A DNA stretch of 64,000 bases from assembly GCF_963921235.1 (NCBI RefSeq), contig NC_086097.1, positions 5,270,001 to 5,334,000 on the forward strand. The letters run 5' to 3'. Positions 37,073 through 49,670 of this stretch are shown piece by piece. The position numbers and the translations under genes were made by a program. The first letter of the stretch is position 1. Each line of letters starts with the position of its first letter. The notes under the pieces were generated by a model. It ran no database searches. It was given only the letters and a program-made list of their open reading frames with translations, and was not told where the DNA came from. This stretch comes from Mobula hypostoma (lineage: Eukaryota).

Positions 37073-37978
37073 GTTGTACTTTCAGCAATATGTGAGTAAT
37101 AAGCTGCTATGCAGGTTGAGTCTGTGGTTAAGAAGGCATACAGTGTGTTGGCCTTCATCAACCGTGGGATTGAGTTTAAGAGCCGAGAGGTAACATTGCA
37201 GCTGTATAGGATCCTGGTCTGACCCCACTTGGAGTACTGTGCTCAATTCTGGCTGCTTCACTACAGGAAGACGTAGAAACCATAGAAAGGGTGCAGAGGA
37301 GATTTTCAAGGATGTTGCCTGGATTGGGGAGCATGCCTTATGAGAATAGGTTGAGTGAATTCGGCCTTTTCTCCTTGGAGCGACAGAGGATGAGAGATGA
37401 CCTGAAAGAGGTGTATAAGATGATGAAAGGCTTTGATTGTGTGGATAGTCACAGGCTTTTCCCCAGGGCTGAAATGGCTAGCACGAGAGGGCATAGTTTT
37501 AAGGTGCTTGGAAGTAGATACAAAGGAGAAATCAGGGGTAAGTTTTTTACGCAGAGAGTGGTGAATGCATGGAATGGGCTGCCGACGGTGGTGGTGGAGA
37601 CGGAAGTTATAAGGTCTTTTAAGAAATTCCTGCATAGGTACATGGAGCTTGGAAAAATAGAAGGCGGGAGGTAAGCCTAGGTAATACTAAGGTAAGGACA
37701 TGTTCGGCACAGCTTTCTGGGCTGAGGGTCCTGTATTGTGCTGTAGGTTTTCTGTGTCTCTATGTTAATATTGTAAATATAGTGTTTGATTAAACATTAT
37801 TAGCTGTTTATAAAATTGATTATGAGTTATATGTAAAAGTACATAAATGGCATACGTCATTATGTCACAATGTCACATGTGAGAACCTCACATGAAGTAA
37901 AAATGAAACGAAGACATTATTCCCAGCTGCATGTTGTTATTTCAGTTAGATTTACATTATGGGGTTACAGAGCATACA
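37073..37978 (+). mobile_element. Diverged solo LTR related to the Gypsy LTR at 17636, split by CR1
   Basis: gagtaat...tttgattaaacatt...catacgtcat...cctcac...aagtaaa...gttacagagcataca parallels 17636-17890. Confidence 0.55.
37100..37765 (+). mobile_element. CR1 3' fragment
   Basis: QRRFSRMLPGL..YENRL..TRGHSFKV..FFTQRVVNAWNGLP. Confidence 0.9.
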
Positions 37979-38264
37979 GGGGTGTAATGGTGGTGTGTGA
38001 TGGGGGAAAGACAATTGATGTGAAGGTGATGCAGTGCAATGGGGAAAGACACAATTGTCAGCATTGATAGTTCTGATCAGTTTTACCATTGCAGTTTGGA
38101 AGCACGTTAGCAATAATGTGGCTAAAAAATGTGGTACTCTGGTAGTATAGCAGTTAGTGCAATGCTACTACTGCTTGTGGCATTGGGGTTCAGAGTTCAA
38201 TATCTGACACCATCTGTAATGAGTTTGTATGTCCTTCACATGAGCGCATGGGTTTCCTCTAAGT

Positions 38265-40731
38265 CAGGGGTAGGCAAGCTACGGCCCACGAGCCACATCT
38301 GGCCCACGAAGGTATTTTGACCGGCCCATGAGCAAATATTGAGATACTCTGCTCATCCAGCCCGCGAGCGATTTTTCCTTATTCTGAGTGTTTCACACGA
38401 CCACACTGATGGACATGCATAGCGTCTTGTTACACTGGGCCCAGGTTCCGTTTTGTTCCAAACCAAACACTGGTATATAGAAATGACGGGAAGGCAGACT
38501 ACCTTATTAATATGTATTAGATACTCTCCGTGCCGCGCAGGTTTTCAGATGGGATCGTTCAAATTTGTAAACAGAAACAGCGTCACGATGTTTTAACAAG
38601 AAATCCACACTAAATATCCAGATAGTTACATGTGCTACCATACTTGTTAAATAACTTGTCTTTCGAAATAAAATTGAAGAAAAAAATTCCAATGGCAATG
38701 GCCAGGAAGTAGACACTGAGTGCTGACATTACGAGACCTGCCATAGTAGAAATTTTAACATGTTTACTGGGCAAGCAAGGGAAGATGAAGTTGAGCGAAT
38801 GAAGGCTAGTTTCAGAAAATAAACGTCATTTTTTGCCAAGGAAAGCATTGAAAATGAAGGAAATAACCCGTACCAGCTACGAAATCTTGAAATGTATTGC
38901 AGAAAAGATGAAGCCTTTTACAGATGGAGAGTTTGTGAAAGAATGTTTACTGGCAGTGGTGGATATTGTTTGTCCTGAAAAGAAATCTTTATTTGCATCT
39001 GTCAGCCTGTCAGCAAGAACAATCACACGGCGAGTTGAAGAAATGTCAGCAGATGTTAAAAGTTATTTAAGGGATGCCTGCAACGAACTGCAATTTTTTT
39101 CAATTGTGTTTGATTGGAGCACAGACTTGAGAGACACTGCTCAACTTGCAGTGATTGTGCGAGGAGTGACCTTAACTTTTCAAATTTTTGAGGAGTTTAT
39201 TCAATTAAATCCTATGAAGGACATAGTTACTGGAGCAGACATTTTTGAAGCTTTGTTGAAGATGATGTCAGAAATGAAACTTAATGTGTCGAAGCTAATT
39301 GGCATCACAACTGATGGGCACCAGCAATGGTGGGACAGAAAAAAGGCATCATCGCATTGCTGCAAGGACAATTGGAAAACCTTGGAATCGCACAGAAACT
39401 GGTTAAAATTCATTGCATTATCCATCAAGAGGCATTATGTGCCAAGTCTTTGAAATTAAGGGATGTTATGGACATTGTTGTGAAGGCAGTGAATCTGATC
39501 CTATCTCGTGGATTGAATCATGGCCGGTTTCAGCAGTTTTTGTTCGATACAGAGGCAGAATATGGGGACCTGACTTATTTCTGCAATGTACGCTGGCTTA
39601 GCTGAGGGTCGATGCTGGAAAGAGTATTTGTATTGCATGAAGAGTTGGCAATATTCCTTGAAAGCAAAAATGAGGATGCTTCACATTTTCGTGATCCTGA
39701 TTGGCTTGCAACTTTGGCATTTCTTGTGGACATTACAGCACATTTAAATAACTTGAATTTACAACTTCAAGGAAAAAAAATCAGCTGATACATGAGATGT
39801 ATGGTCATATTGTGGCTTTTGAAAGAAAGCTGCAATTGTGGGAGTATCAGCTTCAAAAAGGAAATTTTGCACATTTTCCCACTTTTCAAATGTACAAGAT
39901 CCAGGCATTTTTGTGGATATGGTCTAAGAATTGAGAAAAGAGTTTTCATCTCATTTTGCTGGTTTTCACTTGCATGCAAATGAGTTCAAGCTGTTTGCTA
40001 GTCCATTTGATGTGGAAGTGGACACTGCATCAGAAATTTTCAAATGGAATTGATTGAGATGCAGTGTGATGACATATTGAGATCGAAATTTTATTCTGAA
40101 GATATGTCAGTGCTTGATTTCTATAGAAAATATATTCATCCAAGTGGGAAGTATCCTAACTTAGTGGACCATGCAAAAAAGATGGCATCATTGTTTGGCA
40201 GCATTTATCTGTGTGAGCAATTATTTTCAAAAATGAAGCACATCAAGAACCATTTGCGAACAAGACTGACTGATGCCCATCTGGATAATGTCTTGCTCTT
40301 GCCATCAACAAGTCTGACACCCAATATTGAGAAGCTTTCAAGCAACAAACAACACCAAGTTTCACGTTGATTATCGACTGTTTGCATTAAAATTTTCTTT
40401 TTTATTATTCTTAATTTACCATCATTCAATGCATCATGTTCATACGTTTTATGTTTAAAGATTCTTTGTGTCCTTTTAATAGATTCAAAAGATGCCTTGA
40501 TTGAAATAAATTGCATCTAAACTGAGTTCTTTGATTACTAATTGGCATCCTTGGTTAAGCACAAATGATTTTCTAGCATGTTTTATTCATTAATTTGAGA
40601 CAAAACATAACTAGATGTATTTAAATGGATAATTCCCATATTTCAAGTTTTTTTATGGCATTTATCTAGCCCACTGTCCGCTCATTAATACGCGATCTGG
40701 CCCACAGAGGCAAAAAGGTTGCCAACCCCTG
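38265..40731 (+). mobile_element. hAT transposon, Buster/Charlie (GTF2IRD2-like) group, complete ends
   Basis: TIRs CAGGGGTAGGCAA / TTGCCAACCCCTG; diverged 8-bp TSD CTCTAAGT/CTCTGGGC; subterminal ggccca repeats. Confidence 0.93.
38690..40370 (+). pseudogene. hAT transposase, frameshifted
   Basis: KPFTDGEFVKECL; SLSARTITRRV; DWSTDLRDTAQL; TTDG; HCIIHQEALC; VRWLS; FGSIYLCEQLFSKMK...RTRLTD (hATC dimerisation domain). Confidence 0.93.
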
Positions 40732-41589
40732 CTCTGGGCGCTCTGGTTTCCTCCCACATTTCAGAGATGTACCGGCTGGTTGGTTAATTGGTCATTGTAA
40801 ATTGTCCTGTGATTTGTCTAGGGTTTGATTGATGGGTTGCTGGGCAATGCAGATCATTGTCCCAGAAGGGCCTGTTTCACGCTGTATCGCTAAGATAAAA
40901 TAAAATAAAAATAAATCTTCTTACTTAATCAACTCCAGTGGATCATTGAATTCTTTTCTGCATTGTAGCCATGGACAAGACAATCACACATTCACCAATT
41001 TCCTTCCACTGTCTACTTGATCTGTGTGAGTTTCCTTTCCTCCCACAGTCCAAAGACGCGCAGTTAGGTCAGTGAGGTGAGTAATGGTGGAATGGTGGAG
41101 TGAGGTGTTGGTGCCAGAAATGTAGCAACACTTACTGGCTGCCCAGCATAACCCTTGATGATTTGATGTGATGCAAGCAATGTTTTTCACTGTATGCTTT
41201 TATGTATATTTGACAAACAAAGCTAATCTTTCCATTTTTAAAGTTCTTTTTTTGCCTTTGTTTCTATTTTTCTCTTTATTTCCTTGTAGGTCCCGATGCC
41301 TTCCATTTAATTTCAATATCAACTGACCTTCCAAAATCACTTCTTCAAACCCCTCCAGTGATTTCACTTGCATGTAGCCGAGGTAGTCAGACATGTGTTT
41401 CTTACTGCCAATGCCAAAAATAACCATCAGGGTATTTTGGTCCTCTGCTGGATCCATTTTCAGTCACCATCTGATTGTTGACAACAGGGCATGGTTGCAT
41501 GCAATACCATTCATCTCAATGTTCATGTCTCTGTCCTAAATGCAAAGACTTTTTGTCCGTCTTTACCGGCCACTGGCAGATCCAAGACA

Positions 41590-42110
41590 GGGCCAATTAC
41601 AAAGAAGGCACCAGAGCAGCAGTATTTCATTAGAAGTTTGAGGAGATTTGGAATATCACTAAAGACCCTCACAAATGTCAGAGATATGCCATGGAGAGTA
41701 TTCTAACTAGTTGCATCACCATCTGGTTTGGAGGGGCCTCTGCACAGGATCAGAAAATGCCGCAGGAAGTTGTAAGCTGAGCCAGCTCCAGGATAGGCGT
41801 TAGGATCCTCAGCACTGAGGACACCATTAAAAGGCAATGCCTCAGAAAGGCAATCCCCATCCGTAGGGACCCCCACCACCCAGGATACGACCTCTTCTCA
41901 TTGCTCTCATTAAGGAGGTGGTCCAGGAGCCTGAAGACACACACTCAATGTTTTAGAATCAGCTTCTTCCCTTCCGCCATCAGATTTCTGAATGGACATA
42001 AACCTATGGACAGATAAATTACAATAATATTTTTTCTTATTGTAATTTATAGTTTTTTTATGATTTATGGCAATGTACTACTGCTGTAAAATAACAAATT
42101 TCACAACATA
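41590..42110 (+). mobile_element. Rex1-type 3' fragment
   Basis: KKAPEQQYFIRSLRRFG..KTLTN; gacccccaccacccagga; cagcttcttccc. Confidence 0.8.
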
Positions 42111-42134
42111 CCTGTATGCCCTTGGGGTCATTGG

Positions 42135-42520
42135 ATGGAGATATGCTTTTACCAAAGGAGGTGTAATGTTCTCCTTCCCTCCGCTAGCCTGCAGGTTACC
42201 CTTGGGCAAGGTGTAGCGCTTGGTTAGCCCCTGATCGGGGTCATTTGAAGCCATGAGAGCAGGTGGTGGATGGTCGTATGAGTAGCCGGTGCATATCACA
42301 AGTCCTGGTTATGCGACCACTGATGCCAGGCAGACAATCTTTGAGTTGTATCGATAATGGCTGAACTCACCTGTCTTGTAAAGACACTGCCCAGAAGAAG
42401 GCAATGGCAAACCACTTCTGTAGAAAAATTTGCCAAGAACAATCATGGTCATAGATAGACAAGGAAGACCGTGACTACCCAGGCACTATGAGATGGTACA
42501 TAGTGATGACGATGATGTGA
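42135..42520 (+). mobile_element. RTE/BovB-related SINE, copy 2
   Basis: gaagaaggcaatggcaaaccacttctg; (gat)n tail; homologous to 34250-34615. Confidence 0.75.
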
Positions 42521-42584
42521 TATTAAACCTGATTCTGATTCTCCTTATGATCTAAGCCATGCTCCAGATAACATTAGGTTGGTA

Positions 42585-42860
42585 GTGACACACAAGACAC
42601 AGGAGGAACTCAATGGGTCAGGCAATATCTATGGAACAAAATGGACCTTTTGCATTTTAGGCTGAGACTTCCATGTGGACTGAAAGTCAGAGGATAGAGA
42701 GTCAGTATAAAAATGTAGAGGCCAAGGGGGTGTCAAAGGGCGATAGATGATGGATCGAGTAACAGAGTAAGGTGGACATGGAATAAAGTGGTGGTAGGGC
42801 AGATGGGAATAGTGGGGGGAGGAGAACATGTGGACAGAGAATGTGAGTGATGCGGGCACT
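42585..42860 (-). mobile_element. Degenerate Penelope-like terminal fragment
   Basis: ggaggaactcaatgggtcaggcaatatctatgga...gctgagacttcc resembles 26165-26270. Confidence 0.55.
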
Positions 42861-42949
42861 GGAGGGGTAAGAAACAGTGACGGGGCTGATGGCAGTGTAG
42901 GAAGGCTCCAGTATCTTTAGTCTCTTGTGTCTATACTTGTTGTTTGCTC

Positions 42950-43820
42950 TCAGTTGGAGCAGCAGCATTGTGACGGGTTTTTCCGGCCCACAAACACACA
43001 CTGCCCCATTACACCCTTGTGAGCAATTATCCAAGTAACCCATACAGCTTTGGAATGTGGGAGGGATCTGCAGCACCCGGAGAAGAGACACGCAGTCACA
43101 GGGAGAACGTACAAACTCCTTACACGCAGCGGCAGGAATTGAACCCATGTTGCTCTGTGGGAAAGCTCTTGGTAAATGTACACATGCGCATTTTTACTCT
43201 CACTCACACTCTCTCTCACACACACATACACACACACACATTGCCTTGTCATTCTGCTGTCGTTGTACTGAGAGTGGGCACATACGCGCCCCCCTCCACC
43301 CCAACACTGGTATATTCTTATAAAGGGTTGGCTTTATGGTCCCTTTCCTTTCCCGCCATGCACAGTGAAATATTCCATTTCTTTAGCAAGGAGATGTGCA
43401 TATGTTGTTGATATACTGTATCTAAGGAAGATACTTCCGTTTGTTTGGTAGTATGATTGTAGCTATATTTGTGGGGTGCATCATTCTGATTCATGTGTAG
43501 TTTTATTTTAACTTTATGGGTAATTAAAAATGATATGTGTCTGGTACCTGAAAAAAAAACTGGGCGGTTTGCTCTCAGTTGGAGAGAGAGATCGAGCTGT
43601 CAGGAGTTCATTCAGGACATAGTTTCGAGCTATAATTGTGTTTTCTGACAGATATCCCTTTGTAAATATTGGCTGTGTTCTTTACGCTGATTTTTCTAAG
43701 TTGTTATTTGGACATTCCAAATAAACATTCACGTGCTAAAGTGCTAAGGGACTCCAGCCATACTTACTTCAGTCAAAATCCATGCATTGTAATAGTCGCT
43801 AGTGCATTATGCTAACTGCT
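42950..43820 (-). mobile_element. HE1-type SINE interrupted by an about 630-bp LTR-like insert (about 43156-43783)
   Basis: cagggagaacgtacaaactccttacac..ggaattgaaccc, then resumes gcattgtaatag..gctaactgct; insert begins TGTGG. Confidence 0.6.
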
Positions 43821-43859
43821 TAGAGTGACAAATGTCTCTGCTACTCTCAAATACTTAAG

Positions 43860-44110
43860 GTGGCATGGTAGCGTAGGCTTTACAATATCTGCAACCCAGG
43901 GTCAATTTCCACAGCTACCTTTAAGGAGTTTGTATGTTCTCTCTTTGGCCGTATGGGTTTCCTCCCACGGTCCAAGATATACCAATTACTAGGTCAACTG
44001 GTCATTGTAAGTTATACTGTGATTAGGCCAAGGTTAAATCAGTGCTTGCTGGGCGGCACAGCTCAAAGAGCTGGAAGGGCTATTTCATGCTGTATCTCGA
44101 TAAATAAACA
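43860..44110 (+). mobile_element. HE1-type SINE
   Basis: ggagtttgtatgttctct..gggtttcctcccacggtccaa..ctgtatctcgataaataaa. Confidence 0.75.
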
Positions 44111-44749
44111 TAGAAGCGTCATTCCTGGTTTTCCCATTTGAAAGATTTGCTTCTTAGAGATGTGAGATCTCTGATCTGGCTGCGGTGTTCCTAATTTTTT
44201 CCCCAAGGTACTCAAGAATAAGATATTGTATATAAAGCAACCACTAACACTGTCAACGACCTGCAGGTATTCCTTCAAAACACCAGAGTTACTCGTAAGA
44301 GAGTCTTATGTTACAGATATAATTAGCAAAATCATTTTAGTTTCCATGTTTAATTCTGAGGTACATAGATGTGAGACAGATTTTAAACTCTGATTAATGC
44401 CCCAGTTATTACTTATGCAGATGCTAATCTGTTCATTATTCATCTGATAGGATAATTTTAACTCTCATTATTCACTTCTACACAGCAGATTCAAGCCCTG
44501 CTTAGAGAAACTAAATTCTAAACATCTCCTTATGATTCAGTGACATAGCTTACCTTTGGTGGTGTCAAGAGAAAGATAGTATTGACTACAGTACCAATAA
44601 AATATGGGAGACAATATTAATCACAGCTTGCTGCTGCAGTTGTCGTGCAGAAAATGTTGTTGGAAGTGGACATATCCAGACATGGATAATTCCATGTTGG
44701 TTGTCTTTAAAAATGACATGACTTTGTGCTGTACATCTTGCTGAAGCAT

Positions 44750-45245
44750 TTACTCAGTGGCATCTTCAGTAGATACCTCGTGTAACTAATAAAGAGACCA
44801 CAGTGTGTATGTTCGTGGTCTTCTGCTGCTGTAACTCATCCATTTCAAGGTTCGATGTGTTGTGCATTCAGAGGTGCGCTTCTGCACACCACTGTTGTAA
44901 CGCATGGTTATTTGAGTTACTGTCACCTTCCTGTCAGCTTGAACCAGTCCAACCATTCTCCTCTGACCTCTCACCCTCAGAAATGCTGCACACTCGACGT
45001 CTCTTTGTTCTTTTGCACTATTCTCTGTAAACACTAAGACTGTTGTGCATGAAAATCCCAAGAGATCAGCTGTTTCTGAGATACTCAAACCACCCCATCT
45101 GGCACCAACAATCATTTGACAGTCAAAGTCACAAAGTCTTCCCCCATTCTGATGTTTGGATTGAACAACAACTAAGCCTCTTGACCAGGTCTACATATTC
45201 TTATGCACTGAGTTGCTGCCACATGATTAGCTGTTTAGATAAGCA
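44750..45245. mobile_element. Non-autonomous Tc1-derived element
   Basis: Minus strand IVGARWGGLSISETADLLGFS Tc1 HTH remnant; second copy at 48445-51095. Confidence 0.75.
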
Positions 45246-45899
45246 GCCACTATTTGTATTGTTAGGTGTCAGATGAAGGGCTACTCACCAACGCACTGTT
45301 GCATTAAATACAAGTACTTGTATGAAGAAGCTCAATCTTCATCAAATTTTAATGACTGTATTAACAAATAGAGGAAGAGGTATTTGGTTTTATAGTTTAG
45401 ATATTCAAACTGTTAAATTTTACCTCAGAATTGGACTGATTTTTGGTGCTGAGAAGCCATATTTTCATCAGTGTTATAATTGAAGCTATTTATCAGAATG
45501 AGCAATCACATTTGATTGGGCTTTGGTATGTTCTTGGCAAGCATTCTGTCTCACAAATGTCTGTGCAATTTATGGGCATGCAATTTGAAGTGATGAATAT
45601 AACTACCTCAGTGTTCATCAGTTATTATTTCTCAAAGACCATGATAAATAATGGTGTAGCAATCTGATTTTAATTAAAAATGAAATTTGATGAAGACTGC
45701 ATTTAGGTAAAATGTAGGTAAAGTGGTTCACAGCACTGAAGGCTAAATGCAAAAATCACTGAATATTTAGACTATTTGCAATTATTTCTGAAACCGGGTG
45801 GTCCAGAGGCAAATATGGGGGAGTTTTTAAGATGAAGAGGAGGAGCTTCCTTAGCAAGAGAGTTTTGAATCTGGAATTCCTTGCCAAGGAGAACTGGTT

Positions 45900-46580
45900 A
45901 ATAGAAACATAGAAACATAGAAAATAGGTGCAGGAGTAGGCCATTCGGCCCTTCGAGCCTGCACCGCCATTTATTATGATCATGGCTGATCATCCAACTC
46001 AGAACCCAGCCTTCCCTCCATACCCCGTGACCCCTGTAGCCACAAGGGCCATATCTAACTTCCTTTTAAACATAGCTAATGAACTGGCCTCAACAGTTTG
46101 CTGTGGCAGAGAATTCCACAGATTCACCACTCTCTGTGTGAAGAAGTTTTTCCTAACCTCGGTCCTAAAAGGCTTCCCCTCTATCCTCAAACTGTGACCC
46201 CTCGTTCTAGACCTCCCCAACATCGGGAACAATCTTCCCGCATCTAGCCTGTCCAATCCCTTTAGGATCTTATACGTTTCAATCAGATCCCCCCTCAATC
46301 TTCTAAATTCCAACGAGTACAAGCCCAGTTCATCCAGTCTTTCTTCATATGAAAGACCTGCCATCCCAGGAATCAATCTGGTGAACCTTCTTTGTACTCC
46401 CTCTATGGCAAAGATGTCTTTCCTCAGATTAGGGGACCAAAACTGCACACAATACTCCAGGTGTGGTCTCACCAAGGCCTTGTACAACTGCAGTAGTACC
46501 TCCCTGCTCCTGTACTCGAATCCTCTCGCTATAAATGCCAGCATACCGTTCGCCTTTTTCACCGCCTGCTGTACCTGCTG
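45900..46580 (-). mobile_element. CR1 3' fragment, young, open ORF end
   Basis: Uninterrupted 187-aa ORF KKANGMLAFIARG...WNSLPQ; (tttctatg)n tail. Confidence 0.95.
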
Positions 46581-48150
46581 TAATGTTGTGTACTTGGAAT
46601 TTCAGAAGGCCTTTGACAAGAGGAATAAAGGGAGCCTTTTCTGATTGGCTGTGGGTGACTAGTGGTGTTTCATAGGCATCTGTGTTGGAACCGATTCTTT
46701 TTATGTTATTTGTTAATAATTTAGATGATGGAATTGATGGCTTTGTAGCAAGGTTTGCAGATAATATAAAGTTAGGTGGAGGAGTAGGTGGTTTTGAGGA
46801 AGTAGAGAGGCTACAGAGGGACTTAGACAGATCAGTAGAATGGACAAAGAGGTGCCGGATGTAATACAGTGTCGGGAAGTGTAAGGTCATACACTTTAGT
46901 AGAAGAAATAAAAGCAGAGACTATTTTCTAAATGGAGAGAAAATACAAAAATCTGACGTGCAAAGCGACTTGGGAGTCCTCGCACAGGATTCCATAAAGG
47001 TTAATTTGCAGGTTGGGTTGGTAGTGAGGAAGGAAAATGCGACATCAGCATTCATTTCGTGAGGACTAGAGTATAAAAGCAAAGATGTGATATTGAGGCC
47101 TTATAAAGCACTGATGAGACCTCACTTGGAGTATTGAGCAATTTTGGGCCCCTTATCTAAGAAAGTGTGTGCTGACATTGAAAAGCTTTCAAAGGAGGTT
47201 TATGAAAATGATTCCAGCATTAAAAGGCTTGTCATATAAAGAACGTTTGATAGCTCTGGGATTCTACTCACCAGAATTCAGCAGAATGAGGGGTGACCTC
47301 ATTGAAACCTTTCGAATGTTGAAAGGCCTCGATAGAGTGAATGTGGAGAGGATGTTTCCAATGGTGGGAGAGTGTAAGACTAGAGGACATAGATAGATAG
47401 ATAGATATACTTTATTGATTCCGAGGGAAATTGGGTTTCATTACAGCTGCACCAACCAAGAATAGAGCATAAATATAGCAATACAAAAACCACAAACAAT
47501 CAAACAACAATATGCAAATTATGCCAGATGGAAATAAGTCCAGGACCAGCCTATTGGTTCAGGGTGTCTGACCCTCCACGGGAGGGGCTTCAAAGTTCGA
47601 TGGCCACAGACAGGAACAACCTCCCATGACGCCCAGTGTTGTATCTCGGTGGAATATGGCCAAAGACCAACAGTAAAAAGTTCAATATCCGGTCTACAAA
47701 CACGTTCCTCGATCGTAATATGACCAGGATTGCACCATCTGTTGTTAACCAGAACAGCAAGCCCCCAATATCTTTTCGCTTACCGCTCTCAGTGCACCTC
47801 CTGTCAGCCCAAATGGTCTGGAAGCCCTCCATGGAAAAATTTTGGTCGGGTATGACACAGCCTCAGAATAGAGGGACATCCTTTTAGAATAGAGATGAGG
47901 AGGAAATTCTTTAGCCTGCGAGTGGTGAACTTGTGGAATTCATTGCCACAGGCAGCTGTGGAGGTCAAGTCAATGGGAATATTTGAGACAGAGGTTGATA
48001 TGTTCTTGATTAGTCAGGACATGTCAGAATACAAGGAGAAGGCAGGAGATTGGGGCTGAGAGGGGAAAATGGTTTAGCCATGGTGGAATGGTGGAGCAGA
48101 CTCGATGGGTTGAATGGCCTAATTCTGCTCCTATATCTTATGGTCCAATG
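46580..48150 (+). mobile_element. Older CR1 RT to 3' fragment, split at about 47390-47851
   Basis: VYLEFQKAFDK; ARFADNIKL; RMRGDLIETF; the TRGH|SLRI frame resumes after the insert. Confidence 0.9.
47390..47851 (-). mobile_element. Rex1-derived short element: endonuclease piece fused to 3' tail
   Basis: MEGFQTIWADRRCTESGKRK..LAVLVNNRWC..PDIELF EN motifs; then aataaagtata(tcta)n tail. Confidence 0.75.
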
Positions 48151-48673
48151 GAAATATCAGCAGAATGACACTTCCAGCATTAACGAAGATTATTAATCAG
48201 CATCTTATTCAAACAAACTTATGCCTAGAAATTAACTTGCTCAATGTCAAATGCATGAGTGCTTTAAACATTTATTTAATTTTCTTTGATAGATGAAGTT
48301 ATTCTGTGTAATACATAAATAATGTCTGTGTTAAGATTGCTGATGATGTAACTCATAGTCCTGTTTCACAACACATGTATTATTGAGTTGTGTTTGTGAT
48401 TCTTAACATTCAATATTTTTTCTAGAATATGGTTTCTCATCTACACTTAGTAGCTACTTTATACGAACCTCCTGTACCTAATAAAGTGGCCACGGACTGT
48501 GTCCTTTGTCTTCTTCTGCTGTAGCCCATCCACTTTGTGGCTTGACATGCTGTGCACTCAGAGATGCTCCTCTACACACCGCTGTCGTACCGCGTGGTTA
48601 TCTGAGTTCCTGTCACGTTGTCAGCTTGAACGATTCTCCTCTGACTGCTCTCATTAACAAGGAGTTTTCGCCC

Positions 48674-49493
48674 TGTGACAACAGACCAAATTATCAGAAG
48701 ATTGATGCCGATAAGAGGACAATGGGGGAACATTCAAAATGCTAATAAGAGAGAGACGAGAGAGATTACCGAAAGGAGACACAGTTCCGAGTATTGTCAG
48801 AGACCGGTTGCTTTGAACCTGAACTGTTTGAAGTTTGATGGACAGGCGATACCCCAGCAGAGGGATAAAAAGGGACAGGTTCGCTAAGACACGACACACC
48901 ACCACACGACACCACGAGGTAACGAGACCCTGGAAGCGGTGTGCCCTTACAAGTTGGTGGGAGTTTTGGAGGTCTGGTCGCGGACCAGCCATAGACGCAC
49001 AGGGTGGAAAGATACGGTCGGGCGGGAACCCGGTGTGTGTGTCCGCCCTTGCCTGGGTGCCGGGTTCACCGCAGAAGAACGATCGCATCTGGAACGGAGG
49101 GGTCACAGTCAGTGACCTCAGAAGACATTACAAAGGGCTCGCCCGAAAGCTAACTGTGAGGAATATCGAAGGTCTGTTTGGAATCCGATTTGCATATTCA
49201 TTCGCTCTCTCTCCCTCCCCAATGGCAAAACAGCGATTACTGCGAACTGAACTCTGTGTCACTTGAGACTGATCATTTTACCCCTAGACTGCGATAGAGC
49301 TTGATTGATCCTATTATCCTAGTTCTGTGTACATGTGTGTTTATTCATTGCTAACCTGTTGCATTTATATCCTTACTATTAGAGTACTGTGTTACTTATT
49401 ACTTTAATAAAACTTTCTTAGTTCCAGTAATCCAGACCCAACTAAGTGGTCCATTTCTGCTGGTTTGGCAACCCAGTTACGGGGTACGTAACA
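48674..49493 (+). mobile_element. Solo LTR (820 bp)
   Basis: TGTGAC...GTAACA; exact 4-bp TSD GCCC (48670-48673, 49494-49497); AATAAA near the 3' end. Confidence 0.92.
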
Positions 49494-49670
49494 GCCCACA
49501 AAGCTGTCAATCACTGGGGTTCTTTTTTTTTGATTTTTGCACTATTCTTTTGTAAACTGTAAAGTGTTGTGTCTGAAAATCCCAGGAGATCAGTAGTTTC
49601 TGAGATACTCAAACCACCCTATCTGGCACCAACAATCATTCCATGGTCAAAGTCACTCAGATCACATTTC

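Larger units (their letters stand above)
38130..40915 (+). mobile_element. HE1-type SINE (38130-38264 plus 40732-40915) split by the hAT transposon
   Basis: gggtttcctct|ctctgggcgctctggtttcctcccaca continuity; (taaaa)n tail. Confidence 0.8.

Noticed and set aside
41200..41457. 85-aa minus-strand ORF as a gene
   Set aside because: No recognisable domain; its C-terminus derives from a low-complexity tract
44160..44280. Mariner transposase remnant or small exon
   Set aside because: Similarity is too short and weak to support either call
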